Below are positions 38,922-50,506 of a DNA stretch of 64,000 bases, one piece after another. Position 1 is the stretch's first letter. Every line of letters begins with the position of its first letter. Under the pieces are notes generated by a model that ran no database searches, was not told the origin of the DNA, and saw only the letters and a program-made list of their open reading frames with translations. This DNA is from Mytilus trossulus (Eukaryota): NCBI RefSeq assembly GCF_036588685.1, contig NC_086380.1, forward strand, positions 32,674,001 to 32,738,000, read 5' to 3'. The position numbers were made by a program, and so were the translations under genes.

Positions 38922-39030
38922 CTTGTTTGTTTGTAATGGCGGCAGTCCCTAGTTTGTCCAAGTCATATCCCAGTGATTAATAACGTTCCCCGTCACGATA
39001 CTCTACGAGACTAATTGAAAGGCCATCACA
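38922..39030 (-). other. Candidate 5' UTR exon of the Gly/Met/Gln-rich gene
   Basis: AAG|GTAGGT donor at 38921; 5' boundary uncertain. Confidence 0.45.
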
Positions 39031-39477
39031 CTGACACATAAGAACAGCAACAGAATACCAAATTACTTCTGTGTAAAAACAAGCGTCATATTGAGGTATT
39101 TGACTTCGGATAATTAATTTTCTGGTAATAATAGAATAGTTATACTACGATGTGTAAAATCTTAAATATACCTTTTAATGTACTTCATTTGAATACTAAT
39201 TAAAAAATACTTAAAAAGACATTGTTTTAAAAAAGTACATATGATTTAGCTATATTAGGCTTTTGAATAACCTGTCGGGTATATATTTTCCCCTTTTGTG
39301 CTGATGCATCATGGGAATTCATTGGCGGAACCAGTGAGTAGGCTACGGGGGTTGGAACCCCCTTTTTGACGATCAATGCATTTGAATATGAACATATAGT
39401 TGGAACCCTCCTTTATCATGGGTTTGGTCTCCCTTTTAAAAATGGCAAGATCCTTTCCTGGAATCTGGTATATTTAA

Positions 39478-39644
39478 GAAATAATTCATGGAAGCCATAC
39501 TAGATTTGTTGGAAATTTACACATGGCCTGGGCCGTGATATTCGAATTTTATCCTGAGCGTTAGCAAGGGATGAAATTAACGAATATCACGGCCCAGGCC
39601 ATGTGTAAATTTACAACAAATCTATGGCTTCCATGAATTATTTC
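39478..39644. repeat. Long near-perfect inverted repeat (foldback), probably a transposon end
   Basis: ~65-bp arms gaaataattcatggaagccata..acacatggcctgggccgtgatattcg and its reverse complement. Confidence 0.9.
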
Positions 39645-41182
39645 GATTCTAATAGGACAAATAAGTTCATTCAAATACTGAAGCGAGGTGGGTATGCCGT
39701 GTGTGTAGCTGTTCTTTTTTACTCCTTGTTAGATATAGCTCAAATATTCTCATAAATCTTTAGCTTGCATTGATTATTTCGTAGATAACCGCTAGAAAAT
39801 ATATGTTTAATTCTCAAACCCAATATTTCCTATTTTTAATTTACATGTTTTCTCGTAAACTACCGTCAAATCCAAAATTGACATTTCGTAACGAAGGAGC
39901 TGTCATGTTGACCCGCTGAAATCAAATGGGAAAACAAAACAAAACCTACCTCATAATTACATTTTAATACAATATTATACGAACTTCGATGGGTACAAAA
40001 AAGTTTATATTTTTGTGACATTGACTAAATATTGTTTTTATACTGCAACTTAAATTAGTAATTGATAGCTTTTAAATCGTAACATAAATATCAAGCTTAT
40101 TTTCATCCCTTGATGAACCCCTGATTGTAGAGAAAGTGTTCCATGATGAAATTGACATTGCAAAAAATATAGCTGTGTTACTATATTTAGGAAATAAACA
40201 AAACTAGTGGCAATATATTAATTCTTTTTTATTATGCATCCGAATAAGAATAAAAGTTCTTTTGTCTTTTGTTTTATTACAATTTCTAATACAATAAAAT
40301 TGGCAAAGCGTTTGCAAAGTAGGTTCAAATACATGTGGATTTACGTGGGAGGTATATTGTAACATCCATTATAATGTATATCTCTGAGTCTGCGCTAAGT
40401 ATAGATATATCGAGATTTTTCACACAGTGAAAGAAGCACGTCATATTAGAATTGCCATTTCTTTTTCTCATCTTACTGAAAAATATTCATAATAAATGTA
40501 TAAATGAAGGTTAAATATAATTTTAATATCTCGTGTAGCTAACAATTAATCATGTTTTAATTAAAACATGTGTTTGTTTATGAAAATTTCCTGAATTACA
40601 ACAATGAACAATGACCACACATTCAACCTTCATGATTATTGTTAAATAAGTGTTTTTAAACATAAATACATTTAAAAGTATATTTCAAAATTAAAAAAAT
40701 AATTTGAGCCTTTAATTGACATTTCAATAGTTGCATGTTCAACCTTTGTTAAAGTTGTTATTTCGTTGTTTCAATACAACACCTTTTAAACTAAATGTGC
40801 CATTAAATACTGGTGCTTCATCTACATGTATCATCAAATAGCTAAAATATGGTAACTAATGTCTTATCTCCCATGACAAATACATGAATGGTTTTGACTC
40901 TACAAACAAAGCCCCCAAAATATTTTTTTTGGTTTAAATGAATAACATTGTGTGAGGTGTTTGATAAGGGAAATAAACAATCTAATGATATAACTTTCAA
41001 CAGGAAAAAAAGGTGTCTTCTGAATGATTTTTCATCAGGTATATCTATCTGTATGTTTTTCTGTATGTATTCTTCACCTCCAATATAGGGGATCAAGAGT
41101 ACCCTCATTAAACCCATAATCCACACATAACGATTCATACTGATTTTTGATTCTTGATTTTTATTCCCAGAGGTGAAGTTAT

Positions 41183-42148
41183 ATGCACAGTATGTCTGCA
41201 TGGCAAACAGTAGCTGGTTATAAATCTGCAAACAAAAAATCTACATCTAAACCTGGGAATTCATTGCTTACAGCAAAAGTGGATAAGGATAAACCACCTA
41301 AAAAACGCACCCATTCAGACGTATCTAGTGACTCCAATAATAGTGCAGACTTATCTAGTATAAAGAACTTTCAAAAAGATATCGATGACATTAAATCAAA
41401 ACTTGAAGGTGTGCCTAGGAGGGAGGAACTTGACAGAGTAACAAAGGATCTGGTAAAAGCTAGTGATCTTGAGCAAGTAGTTACTGTAATTGTTAAAAAT
41501 CTGATGAACGAATTTGAAATAACATTGCAACACAAGATTGATGAAAAAGCTGAAGAAATTAAACATGAAATGCAAAAGCAATTGGAAGTTTTAGTTCTAG
41601 AAAACGAAGATTTAAAGAAACAGATGTCAGCTTTACAGTATCCAAATTCAACAATTAGAAGAGACCTTAATAGAACAAGTCGACTTTCAAAACAAGCTGA
41701 TATAAGCAGCAATTATAACGAGCAGTATTCAAGAAAAAATAACATTAAAATACTTAATTTTCCAAGAAAGGAACAACAAGATTTAAGAAAGGACTTCATG
41801 GAATTTGTCAAAAATGAACTAAATGTTCAATTAGAAGAAAGAGACGTGGTTGCAATCCACCGAATACCGTCTCAAAAGGCTGGGCCCTATCCAGTTATTG
41901 TTAAACTATTCAACAGTGATGTTAAACGTAAGATTATGAGATGTAGAAAAGAATTGACTAGTAAGATTAAGTTTGTGGATAACGTTACTCAAAGAAATAT
42001 GGGCCTAATTAAGAGACTAAGAGAAACGGAAGAATTTGAATCTGTCTGGTATTATAATTGTGGAATTTATGGTAGAACGTTTTCAGGACTTCAACTTAAA
42101 TTTGGACTATATGACGACATTCACTACAGGCTACAACAAGGAAAATAG
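41183..42148 (+). CDS. L1/Tx1-type non-LTR retrotransposon ORF1-like protein (coiled coil plus RRM-like region)
   Basis: Uninterrupted 321 aa; basic N-terminus, heptad-rich middle, motifs NEQYSRKNNIKILN, AIHRIP, PVIVKL typical of LINE ORF1p. Confidence 0.8.
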   Translation: MHSMSAWQTVAGYKSANKKSTSKPGNSLLTAKVDKDKPPKKRTHSDVSSDSNNSADLSSIKNFQKDIDDIKSKLEGVPRREELDRVTKDLVKASDLEQVVTVIVKNLMNEFEITLQHKIDEKAEEIKHEMQKQLEVLVLENEDLKKQMSALQYPNSTIRRDLNRTSRLSKQADISSNYNEQYSRKNNIKILNFPRKEQQDLRKDFMEFVKNELNVQLEERDVVAIHRIPSQKAGPYPVIVKLFNSDVKRKIMRCRKELTSKIKFVDNVTQRNMGLIKRLRETEEFESVWYYNCGIYGRTFSGLQLKFGLYDDIHYRLQQGK

Positions 42149-42571
42149 ATGTTACTGAAATAGACCCCACGGACATATTGAGAATTCAACTTCGCTGCTG
42201 ATAATTGACTTATTTACCCTTCTTTAAATTAACAAAATCAAAGTTATCTCCCTTATGGTCATAGTTTTCCTACATTTTAAAATGTCAAGCATTACGCATA
42301 TGTTGTTTTTTGTTAAAATAAATTATGTAGTATTTTTCTTTTATTTTAATACTACTTTTGTATGTAACTTCTTCTAAAGTTTGCTATGAAATGAATGTGT
42401 TAAAAGTATTGGATATCACTGTTGATTCCTGATCGAAGCTTGTCAGTATGTGTATGTAGAAAATTTGTATATTGATTCAGTTTGAACAATTGTTATGTAT
42501 TTATTACTCAGTATGTATGTAATGAGAATGCATGAGGATTGGTAAAAATATGTTTACTTAATATATTACTT

Positions 42572-42690
42572 TGTCAAGGTCTGGGAGATGTATCATTGGG
42601 AGATGTTTTTTGGGATTTCGAAATGATAACCTATATTGTCTACAAAACACTGATTTCACAGTAGATCTAGAAAAAAATATAAGTATATTA
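42572..42690 (+). pseudogene. Decayed start of L1/Tx1 ORF2 (apurinic endonuclease N-terminus)
   Basis: Frameshifted pieces CQGLGD..DVF..YCLQNTDFTVDLE resemble the N(C/V)xGL...LQ(D/E)TH APE motifs; nothing recognisable follows. Confidence 0.6.
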
Positions 42691-45152
42691 AAATTATAAA
42701 CACTCAAAATGAGTTAATCTCAAGTTCAAATATTGACATTTTCTAATCGCTTGAATCATATTATATATGTGAACTTGCTACTTTAATGGTCATACTGTTG
42801 CAAATGATATATGTTGGATTAAAATAAAAAGAAACATAAAAACAAGCTTCTTTTTAAAAAATCTATATTAACCTTTTATATGACTGACATACTGATTGAA
42901 AGAACAAATCCGATATCAAAGTAAGGAGATGTGGTACGATTGCCAATGAGACAAATTCCCACCGAAATTAACATAAAGTGGATATTAGATATTAAAAGAC
43001 AACCATACGAGTTTCAACAATGAAATGAAATCCATAACGTATAGTCGGCTACGTGTATAGATCCCTACAAGAACAATATAAAATAATTTTCAATTTAGAA
43101 AACAAACGGCATAATTTATAACAAAACAATTTACGAAAAACAAAAATCACATGAACCAACGATTACCATTGGACTACAGTCTTCTGACTTGAAACAGGCA
43201 CATTAAGAGTGGAGCGGAGTTAAAATGTGTGTTTTGTAATACTAGTAAGAGAAGCCATTACGAAGTAAAGTACTTGTATATGTTCCGGACCATATGAGTA
43301 TTTGGACCATACGCGTATGGGCATGGCCAAATGGTATACTCATATGGTCCGACTATCGCGTATAGTCGGAGTATATTCTCGTTTTGTTGTTAACGGGTCA
43401 TATGAGTATTCAGACCATATATGTACTTTTCGAATAAATTCAAACTTCCTTAACAGACACAGCTCTTGCTCTGAACTTAAATCAGCAAGTCATGAAGTAT
43501 TTTTCTCATCTTTGTTCCACCAAATATATTAAATAAACACATTCCCAACTGATGTTTACACAATTTTCATATTCTGAAGACGCATAATGTGGCATACTTA
43601 TTTGAATTTCTTAATTTAGTACCGATAAACATAAAGTGAAAAAAAATTCGTTTAGTTCTGTACAAAAACATTCAAAGTTCGATAACTGGAGTTTAATTTT
43701 ACAACTCCAAAATAAGTTTGACATTTTTCTTTTACACATGCACTAATAGTAATAATTTAACTAGTAATAGGCCTATAAAAGGGATCAAGTCTTCAATACC
43801 GTTAGCATTAAGAATCTATACAAAAACAAACCAATGGTTATGGAGTAGTCGTTTCATAGATTAAATCGGATATGTTCCTTATGTCGTTACTACAATCCAC
43901 TTCCTATTCACCACGAATGTGACCTACTGAATTAGACTATTTACCGGGTTTGTAATGACATGAGCAACACAACGGGTGCCACATGTGGAGCTGGATATGC
44001 TTACTCACCCGGAGCACCCGAACTCATCCCAGATTTTGGTGGGTTTGTGTTGCTTCGACCTTTTTTCTATGTTCTGTATTTTGTACTATTATTTGACTGT
44101 TTGTCTTTTTATTTTTGAGCCATGGCGATGTCATTTTTTTTTTCGATCTATGAGTTTGACAGTCCCTCCGTTATCTTTTACAGCCATTTTGCTTTTAACA
44201 CAAACCAAACAAAACATCGCTTGATATATGTAACTATGGAGAAGGTAATTATTCAGACGCTGGTTTGACCTAGGCCACAAGAGCTAAGCGTTGTTGTGTT
44301 GTAAAATTCATATGCAATGTCAAAATATAAGTAAATAGTATCGACAGGATGTATGTGTTATGATAACTGTACAGGATACATATAATATATATCTAGTTAT
44401 GTTTTATTTTTTCAAAAACCAAATAATGCTAGTACAGAATACTGTTATTTAGACGGGTTTTTATTGATTTTTTGTTATTGTTCAATCAATATCTTTCGGT
44501 TAGAAGAGAATTTTCTGCTAACAACACTTGTGCTATGATTGAATATAAAAAAGAAAGGTGTGACATGACTGACAATGCGACGAGGTGGAAACTCTTCACA
44601 AGACACCAAATGACACAGAAAGTATGAACTATAACTAAAAGTTCACCGTACGGCCTTCAACATTGAGTAAAACCCATACCGCATAGTAAGTAATACAAGG
44701 CCCTGAAATTACATGTACATAACGGTAAAACTTTCTAAACAAAAAAAAAATAACGGCCTGATCCATTTGACTGAACGAATACAAATTTGATACACAGCAA
44801 CCAAAGACAACCACTGTCAGAAATACAGGGTCTTGAACATACTTAATGTCCCGAACTTAGAACAGTGGTGTAACAGAACAATATATGAACAAACTATAAA
44901 AATCAGTTACAAGGGACTTAACTCTTCATATCGATTTGTCAGTTCGATACAGGCACACAATCATGTAACCATTAAAACTTATTGGTTTTCCTGTTTGAAT
45001 TGTTTGAATTTTATACTAGTCATTTGTGGGGCATTAATAGTTTGATGTTCGGTGTAAACCAATGCTCCGTGTTGAGGCCGACCTATACTTGTTTACTTTT
45101 ACACATTGTGACTTGGATGGCGAGACGTCTAATACCATATCTTATTTCTAAA

Positions 45153-45815
45153 AACTTGATCTGTGTTTTGTGGCAATAAGCATTGTGTGTAAGTTTCCTA
45201 ACATTCGTTTGAGGCAAACTAAAGTTAAAGAATGGAAACCTTTTTTTTTGGTATTTTTTCCATTTTCAAAGGCACATACCTCTAGAACGATTACAGTGAC
45301 GTTTCCAAAATTCAAGTTTGATCTATGTTTTGTTTTTTAAATAAGCAAAAACCTTTCACGGATTTGGCTATACTTTTTGGACCTTTTGGATTATAGCTCT
45401 TCATCTTTTATATAAGCTTTGGATTTCAAATATTTTGGCCACGAGCATCACTGAAGAGACATGTATTGTCGAAATGCGCATCTGGTGCAAGAAAATTGGT
45501 ACCGTTAATTTTATTGTATAAGTTTCAGAAAACTTGGTTGATGCAAACTTACATTTTGAAAGTAACAGATCTAGAACGGACGCTAATTTTTTTGCAAATT
45601 TTCCATTTATAAAGGGACATTACTATATACCGTTTTAAGTGACGCCACAAAAAACGAACTTGATCTGTGTTTTGTAGTTACATGCATGTATACGCATTTT
45701 GTATAAGTTTCATAACACTTGGTTTAGGCAAATTCAAATTAAAGAACGGAAACCAATTTCGGACGTACGTACAGACGGAAAAGGGTAAAACTTAATATGG
45801 CGGCGGGGGCATATT
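45153..45815 (+). mobile_element. Helentron/HINE-like element with internal tandem units, interrupted by a hammerhead-bearing insertion
   Basis: Repeated a(a/g)(c/t)ttgatct(g/a)tgttttgt...aagtttc..aac..ttggtt..ggcaaa units; ends ggacgtacgtacagacgga...ggcgggggcata. Confidence 0.55.
45445..45488 (+). ncRNA. Minimal type-I hammerhead ribozyme motif, intact core
   Basis: GCATCA-CTGAAGA-GACA(tgtat)TGTC-GAAA-TGCGCA-TC-TGGTGC: CUGANGA and GAAA cores, stems I and II pair, stem III is the palindrome ATGCGCAT; predicted cleavage after 45482. Confidence 0.85.
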
Positions 45816-46563
45816 CAAAATAAAAATAATAACATCTATGTATAAATCAAATGTTTAGGTGTTTTTTTACTGCATATACATTTGCAAAAGTGAACTTCGC
45901 ATTACAAATGATAGAGTCTTGGTATACTGTTTATGATGCTGCTGCATGATGAAATAACACTGAAGTACAGCCACTGATATTAGAGATTCAAAATCAACAG
46001 CTTAATTTGTTGCAACCACTAATGAATCATTTATATGATTGCTTGACTGATTTGTTGCCAAGTTGAGGCTTATAACAAGTATATCCCCTCTACATATTCA
46101 TATGTCTAACCCATAGTCAGAAACCTCGAAATTCGACCAAGGCCTTTGATAGAAGCCAGAAAAAGTTGGAGGACGTTTTTTTTCTTATACAATGTTTGAT
46201 TATAATTTCGAAACTTGACATCACAAAAAAATGATAAAACAAAATTGTTTTTTTATTGTCATAAAGAGCCGTAACATATAAAAGTTTGTCTTAAAAAAAA
46301 GCAAGATCAGAATTTATAACAGTGATTAATAAAAAAAAAATATAAAAGTAATATCAAAACATCATCGACGCAACACGTTTTTTTCGACAACCTGTTTAGA
46401 ATACATTGATTATTTTACACTTTTCAAAATGTACAATCGCCAATGACCCTGTTCTTTTAAATACGAATCATTCTGTCAACGTACATCTCATTTTATCCGT
46501 CTTCACGCGGTCATTAGCAGACTAAGGTGTCTGTCCAAGGTATAAATTTGAAAATGTACTGGA

Positions 46564-49461
46564 CTATTTTGTCTCGGAGATATTTGCAGTCCGTTGTTTA
46601 TAGTAAACTTTAACTTCTAGAGCAACATAAAGTACAGACGCTACAGACAATAACGTAATAACAATGATAAGTTTTGTCTTTACACATAACACAGTACTGA
46701 TAGCGAAATACACAGTAAAACTGGTCGCCTTCCAGAAGTGGTAGTTGGCAAATGCCGGCTCTGTATTCTCTGGGTACAGGTATCCAATCAGTGCTAAAGA
46801 ATATAAAATAAAAACAACTACAGTAGATCAATTTTAGAAAAAATGTCTGGTAAGACAAGTTAACTTATGTTGAGCTTGTTTTCTAGTATTGCTTTTTCAT
46901 TTTCTATTTCCAGTATTTTGTGTTACATGTAACGTTACTTTTTATGTATTGATTTTTATGTAACTTTCATTTGTTACGAGATTGCTGTGAATTTCTGACG
47001 ACCTGGTATGACGACCTACGGCCTAGTCTGGGAACTGATTAGAACAGTTTGAGATTGTATGTATGTCCCGGTCCTAAGTCCAGAACCTGTAATTGTGGTT
47101 GTCGTGTGTTTTGAATTTTGTTCATTATTTGTGACACACATAAGTCTGTTAGTTTTTTTCATTACAGCAGATTTTAGTGAGTATGTAGCTAGTGGTAATA
47201 TCTTTGGTTAGGTTGCTTGTTAGCTGAACCGTGAAGTCATTGTTAGGTTAGATAAACTACCCTCCTTTAATAGTAGACTAGCCCAACAGATAACCAATCT
47301 ATCTCTCTGTAGGACATTTAAAAGGAGGGTAGTATACCTTACCTAACAATGACTTCACGGTTCAGCTAACAAGCAAGCAAACCAATGATATTACCATTAG
47401 CTACATACTGACTGAAATCTGCTGTAAATGGTTTTACATTTGTTATTTTGGGGCCTTTTATAAGCGACTTTGCTCATTGCTGAAGGTTGTACGGTGTCCT
47501 ATAGTTGTTTATTTCTGTGTCATTTTGGTCTCTTGTGAAGAGTTTTTTCATTGGTAGTCATACCATATCTTCTTTTATTTTATTTACAGTAAGAATAACA
47601 ACTCACCATTTGATTGCGTCTGCCATATTCCTTCGGCGACACCCCATATAACTACCATTATAAACAAATAAGGCAAGTCACTTCTCCCTTGTGGATAAAA
47701 CACAAACATGGCAACAAATACGGACATTTGTATAATAATTGCTACTGCAAACAAAACCTGTCTCCCGGTGTATTTAGCTAGCCGTGACGTCACCAAAGCT
47801 GACACAGTTGTTGATCCTCCATACGCCGCCATGATAAAGCCAACCATTTTGATTCCAATTGGACAGCTAACGTAAGACTAAAAATATAAGATAATCAAAG
47901 TTTTTGTAAGCATTGAAGGGTAACAAGAATTGCTTTAATTTATCTGTGGGAAGTAAAGTCAAACATTGCATCTTATAAAGCATTGGTTGTTCAATGAAGT
48001 TAATTTAACTAAAATTCTGGACAAAGGAAGATAACTCAAATTTTTGAAGATGACTTTAACACTGGCATCATTGATATTTTTTTGAACAGATTCATGTACT
48101 AGATCCCTACACCTTGCTCCTTTTAATTTTGACAACTGAGTATAACATTATTTTATTACATGGGTAAGTATAGTATGTTTCATTGAATTTTTTTTGTAAA
48201 TGTTCATGGACAGGACGGATAGGATGTATAGAAAGATATGATCGTTCCATATATTTTGTGTATATAAAAGATAGTGATTTTATGCAACCTTTACCCCAAA
48301 GAATGTCATGTAAAAGCTACATATTAATAAAATTAAATTTATGATCATGTGTATACCATGGAATTGTATACATAGATAGACAAGCAATTTTTCTAGAAAT
48401 ACCAAAGAATTGTGTGGGCTACTTAAATTTCTGCTTTTCTTGTATAGGACTTTATATGTGGGTTACAAATTTTATGCTATGGGCTACCATTGCCAAAGTC
48501 TTAATTTCTATCCCTGCAACAACTATAAATTCATCAAGTTAATCATTCTCATCAATCATACCTTCGTAAAATCTGTCCACAGAACGGCCTGCTCCATCGC
48601 CATTAAAGCTATAAACGGTACCAATAACAACATCTTCATATCACCGAACGTAAAGAAACATGACGTCACTGATTCTTTAATGGAAGAAGACTTTGTCCAC
48701 TGACTCTTCGGTAAAGGAGATAAAAACGTTGCAGTCAAGATGAGTCCAATGACATCAAAAACAAGAAAAACGCCAAGCATAGTGTACACGACATCTGAAG
48801 ATGGCTGGTCCAACAGAGTAGCATTTCCGGTGATTACAGGACAATCATTGACACCACATGTCGTAGCTATAGAGGAAGCATTAGAACTGTGGCTTGCACT
48901 TTTATATAAAACGGCAGACGACACTATATTTCCACTGATTTGTGTTAGTTCATATATTGTAAAGAAGATTCCGTTTAGTCTACTGAGCAACACGTGCGCA
49001 TCTTTACCTGTGCGATCTGCAAGAGAATAAGCATTTCTAGTTATGTAAATACTTTGCGCTGTCCATAGAGGACCGGAAACCAATCCAAGTAAAATAGATG
49101 AAGGAATCAAAGTTCCAAATGTTGGATAAAAGTTGCTTAATGTGTAGACTATATGAAGAATCCACGCAATAACAAGTGCCAACTTCCCGCCAATAACCTT
49201 TAATACAGTTGGCGCCAATACAGCTGAAATGATAATAAATCCATATAAGCACGACAATGACGTCACTCCTAGTCCTGCTTCCTGATTCAAACTGCTCTGC
49301 AAGTTTTGTATCGCTAAATATGCTGTAAACACAAAGAAAAATGAAGCTGACAGGATGTAAGTATTGCGAATTTCATGACCATTGACGCTGTCACTCCTTT
49401 TGGCGCTAAAACACAAACATATCTCCTCGAGATTCTCGGTTTCATTCCGTCGTTGTGACAT
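46564..49461 (-). CDS. UNC93A: UNC-93-like MFS membrane protein, ~466 aa; complement(join(46564..46793,47607..47877,48562..49461))
   Basis: FVFTAYLAIQNLQSSLN..GLGVTSL, NFYP, GPLWTAQS, DFTK|SYVSCPIG, WGVAEGIWQTQ, EPAFANYHFW; GT/AG junctions in frame (1401 nt). Confidence 0.9.
47165..47424. mobile_element. Foldback MITE with TA TSD, in the last intron of the minus-strand UNC-93 gene
   Basis: TA|cagcagatttt..gttagctgaaccgtgaagtcattgttagg and reverse complement ..ctgctg|TA; arms ~100 bp. Confidence 0.88.
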
Positions 49462-50462
49462 TGTACTATATGACACATGTATGATAGTGACCTATCATTT
49501 ACCTACTGCATCGTTTAGTGTGGACAATGCTAAAATTAGATTTACATAATTATTTAGAAAAACTTTACGTGTATGATCAATATTATCTATCTTAAGTTTC
49601 AAACCATGTGACAGGTTGTTAATAACAGCTGACACAAATGTGATTTAATTAATATACAGTTAATTCTAGCTGTAAATACTTCATTAAATATAAACTTTTT
49701 AGTTATTTTTGTTCAGAATAGTGTACACACAGTGCGTAAATTATGTACTTCAAGGTTATAGATACATGCCTGATACACATAATTCTTGTTCCAGTTACAA
49801 ATGTATCATTGGGGTTATTGAGGACTCTGTCCATATGACGTTATTTTAGTAAGGTCGTCTAATAGGTCAGGCTTCTGATATGATTGTTTCATTTCAATCA
49901 TTAAATTAGTAGGTGCAGTCGTACTTAACCATACACTATCTCAATTCTTCAATTAAAGTTTATTGCAATCTTTGTGACCTAATTGTGAGTCCTTTTTTAA
50001 TTCTTTTAAAACTATACATATTTTTATCTGTCTTTCTGAACTTGTGATTAAAGAGGGTCATGGATAGAAGAGTGACAAAGAAAACATAATTTTGTGGATA
50101 TGTTTACAATGATGATGGCCATGGACGTTGATGTTTTGGTGTTTAATTCCGTATGGGTGACGGTAAAAAGATCGAAAAGGGATGCAAAAGATAGTAAATG
50201 GACATAACAACAAGTAATATAAAAAAAAAGATAAGTCGGAAATAAACTGAAAACGCAATGGCAAAAAAAAGGCAGCAGTCCTTTTGCGACAATTACTGTT
50301 TTTCAGGGATATCATTTGCGCCAAATTTTGTTTTGCAAATGTATCAATTGCGCCAATATTCGGAAGTCATTTGCGCCAATTTATATATATGTTTTCTTAT
50401 TTTTGGCTTAAAAAGTATCATAAATAAACTCATCATAGATACCTGGACTAAATTTAGTATAT

Positions 50463-50506
50463 ACGCCAGACGCGCGTTTCGTCTACAAAAGACTCATCAG
50501 TGACGC
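50463..50506 (-). ncRNA. Minimal type-I hammerhead ribozyme motif, intact core
   Basis: Reverse strand GCGTCA-CTGATGA-GTCT(tttgt)AGAC-GAAA-CGCGCG-TC-TGGCGT; stem III palindrome ACGCGCGT; predicted cleavage between 50469 and 50468. Confidence 0.85.
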
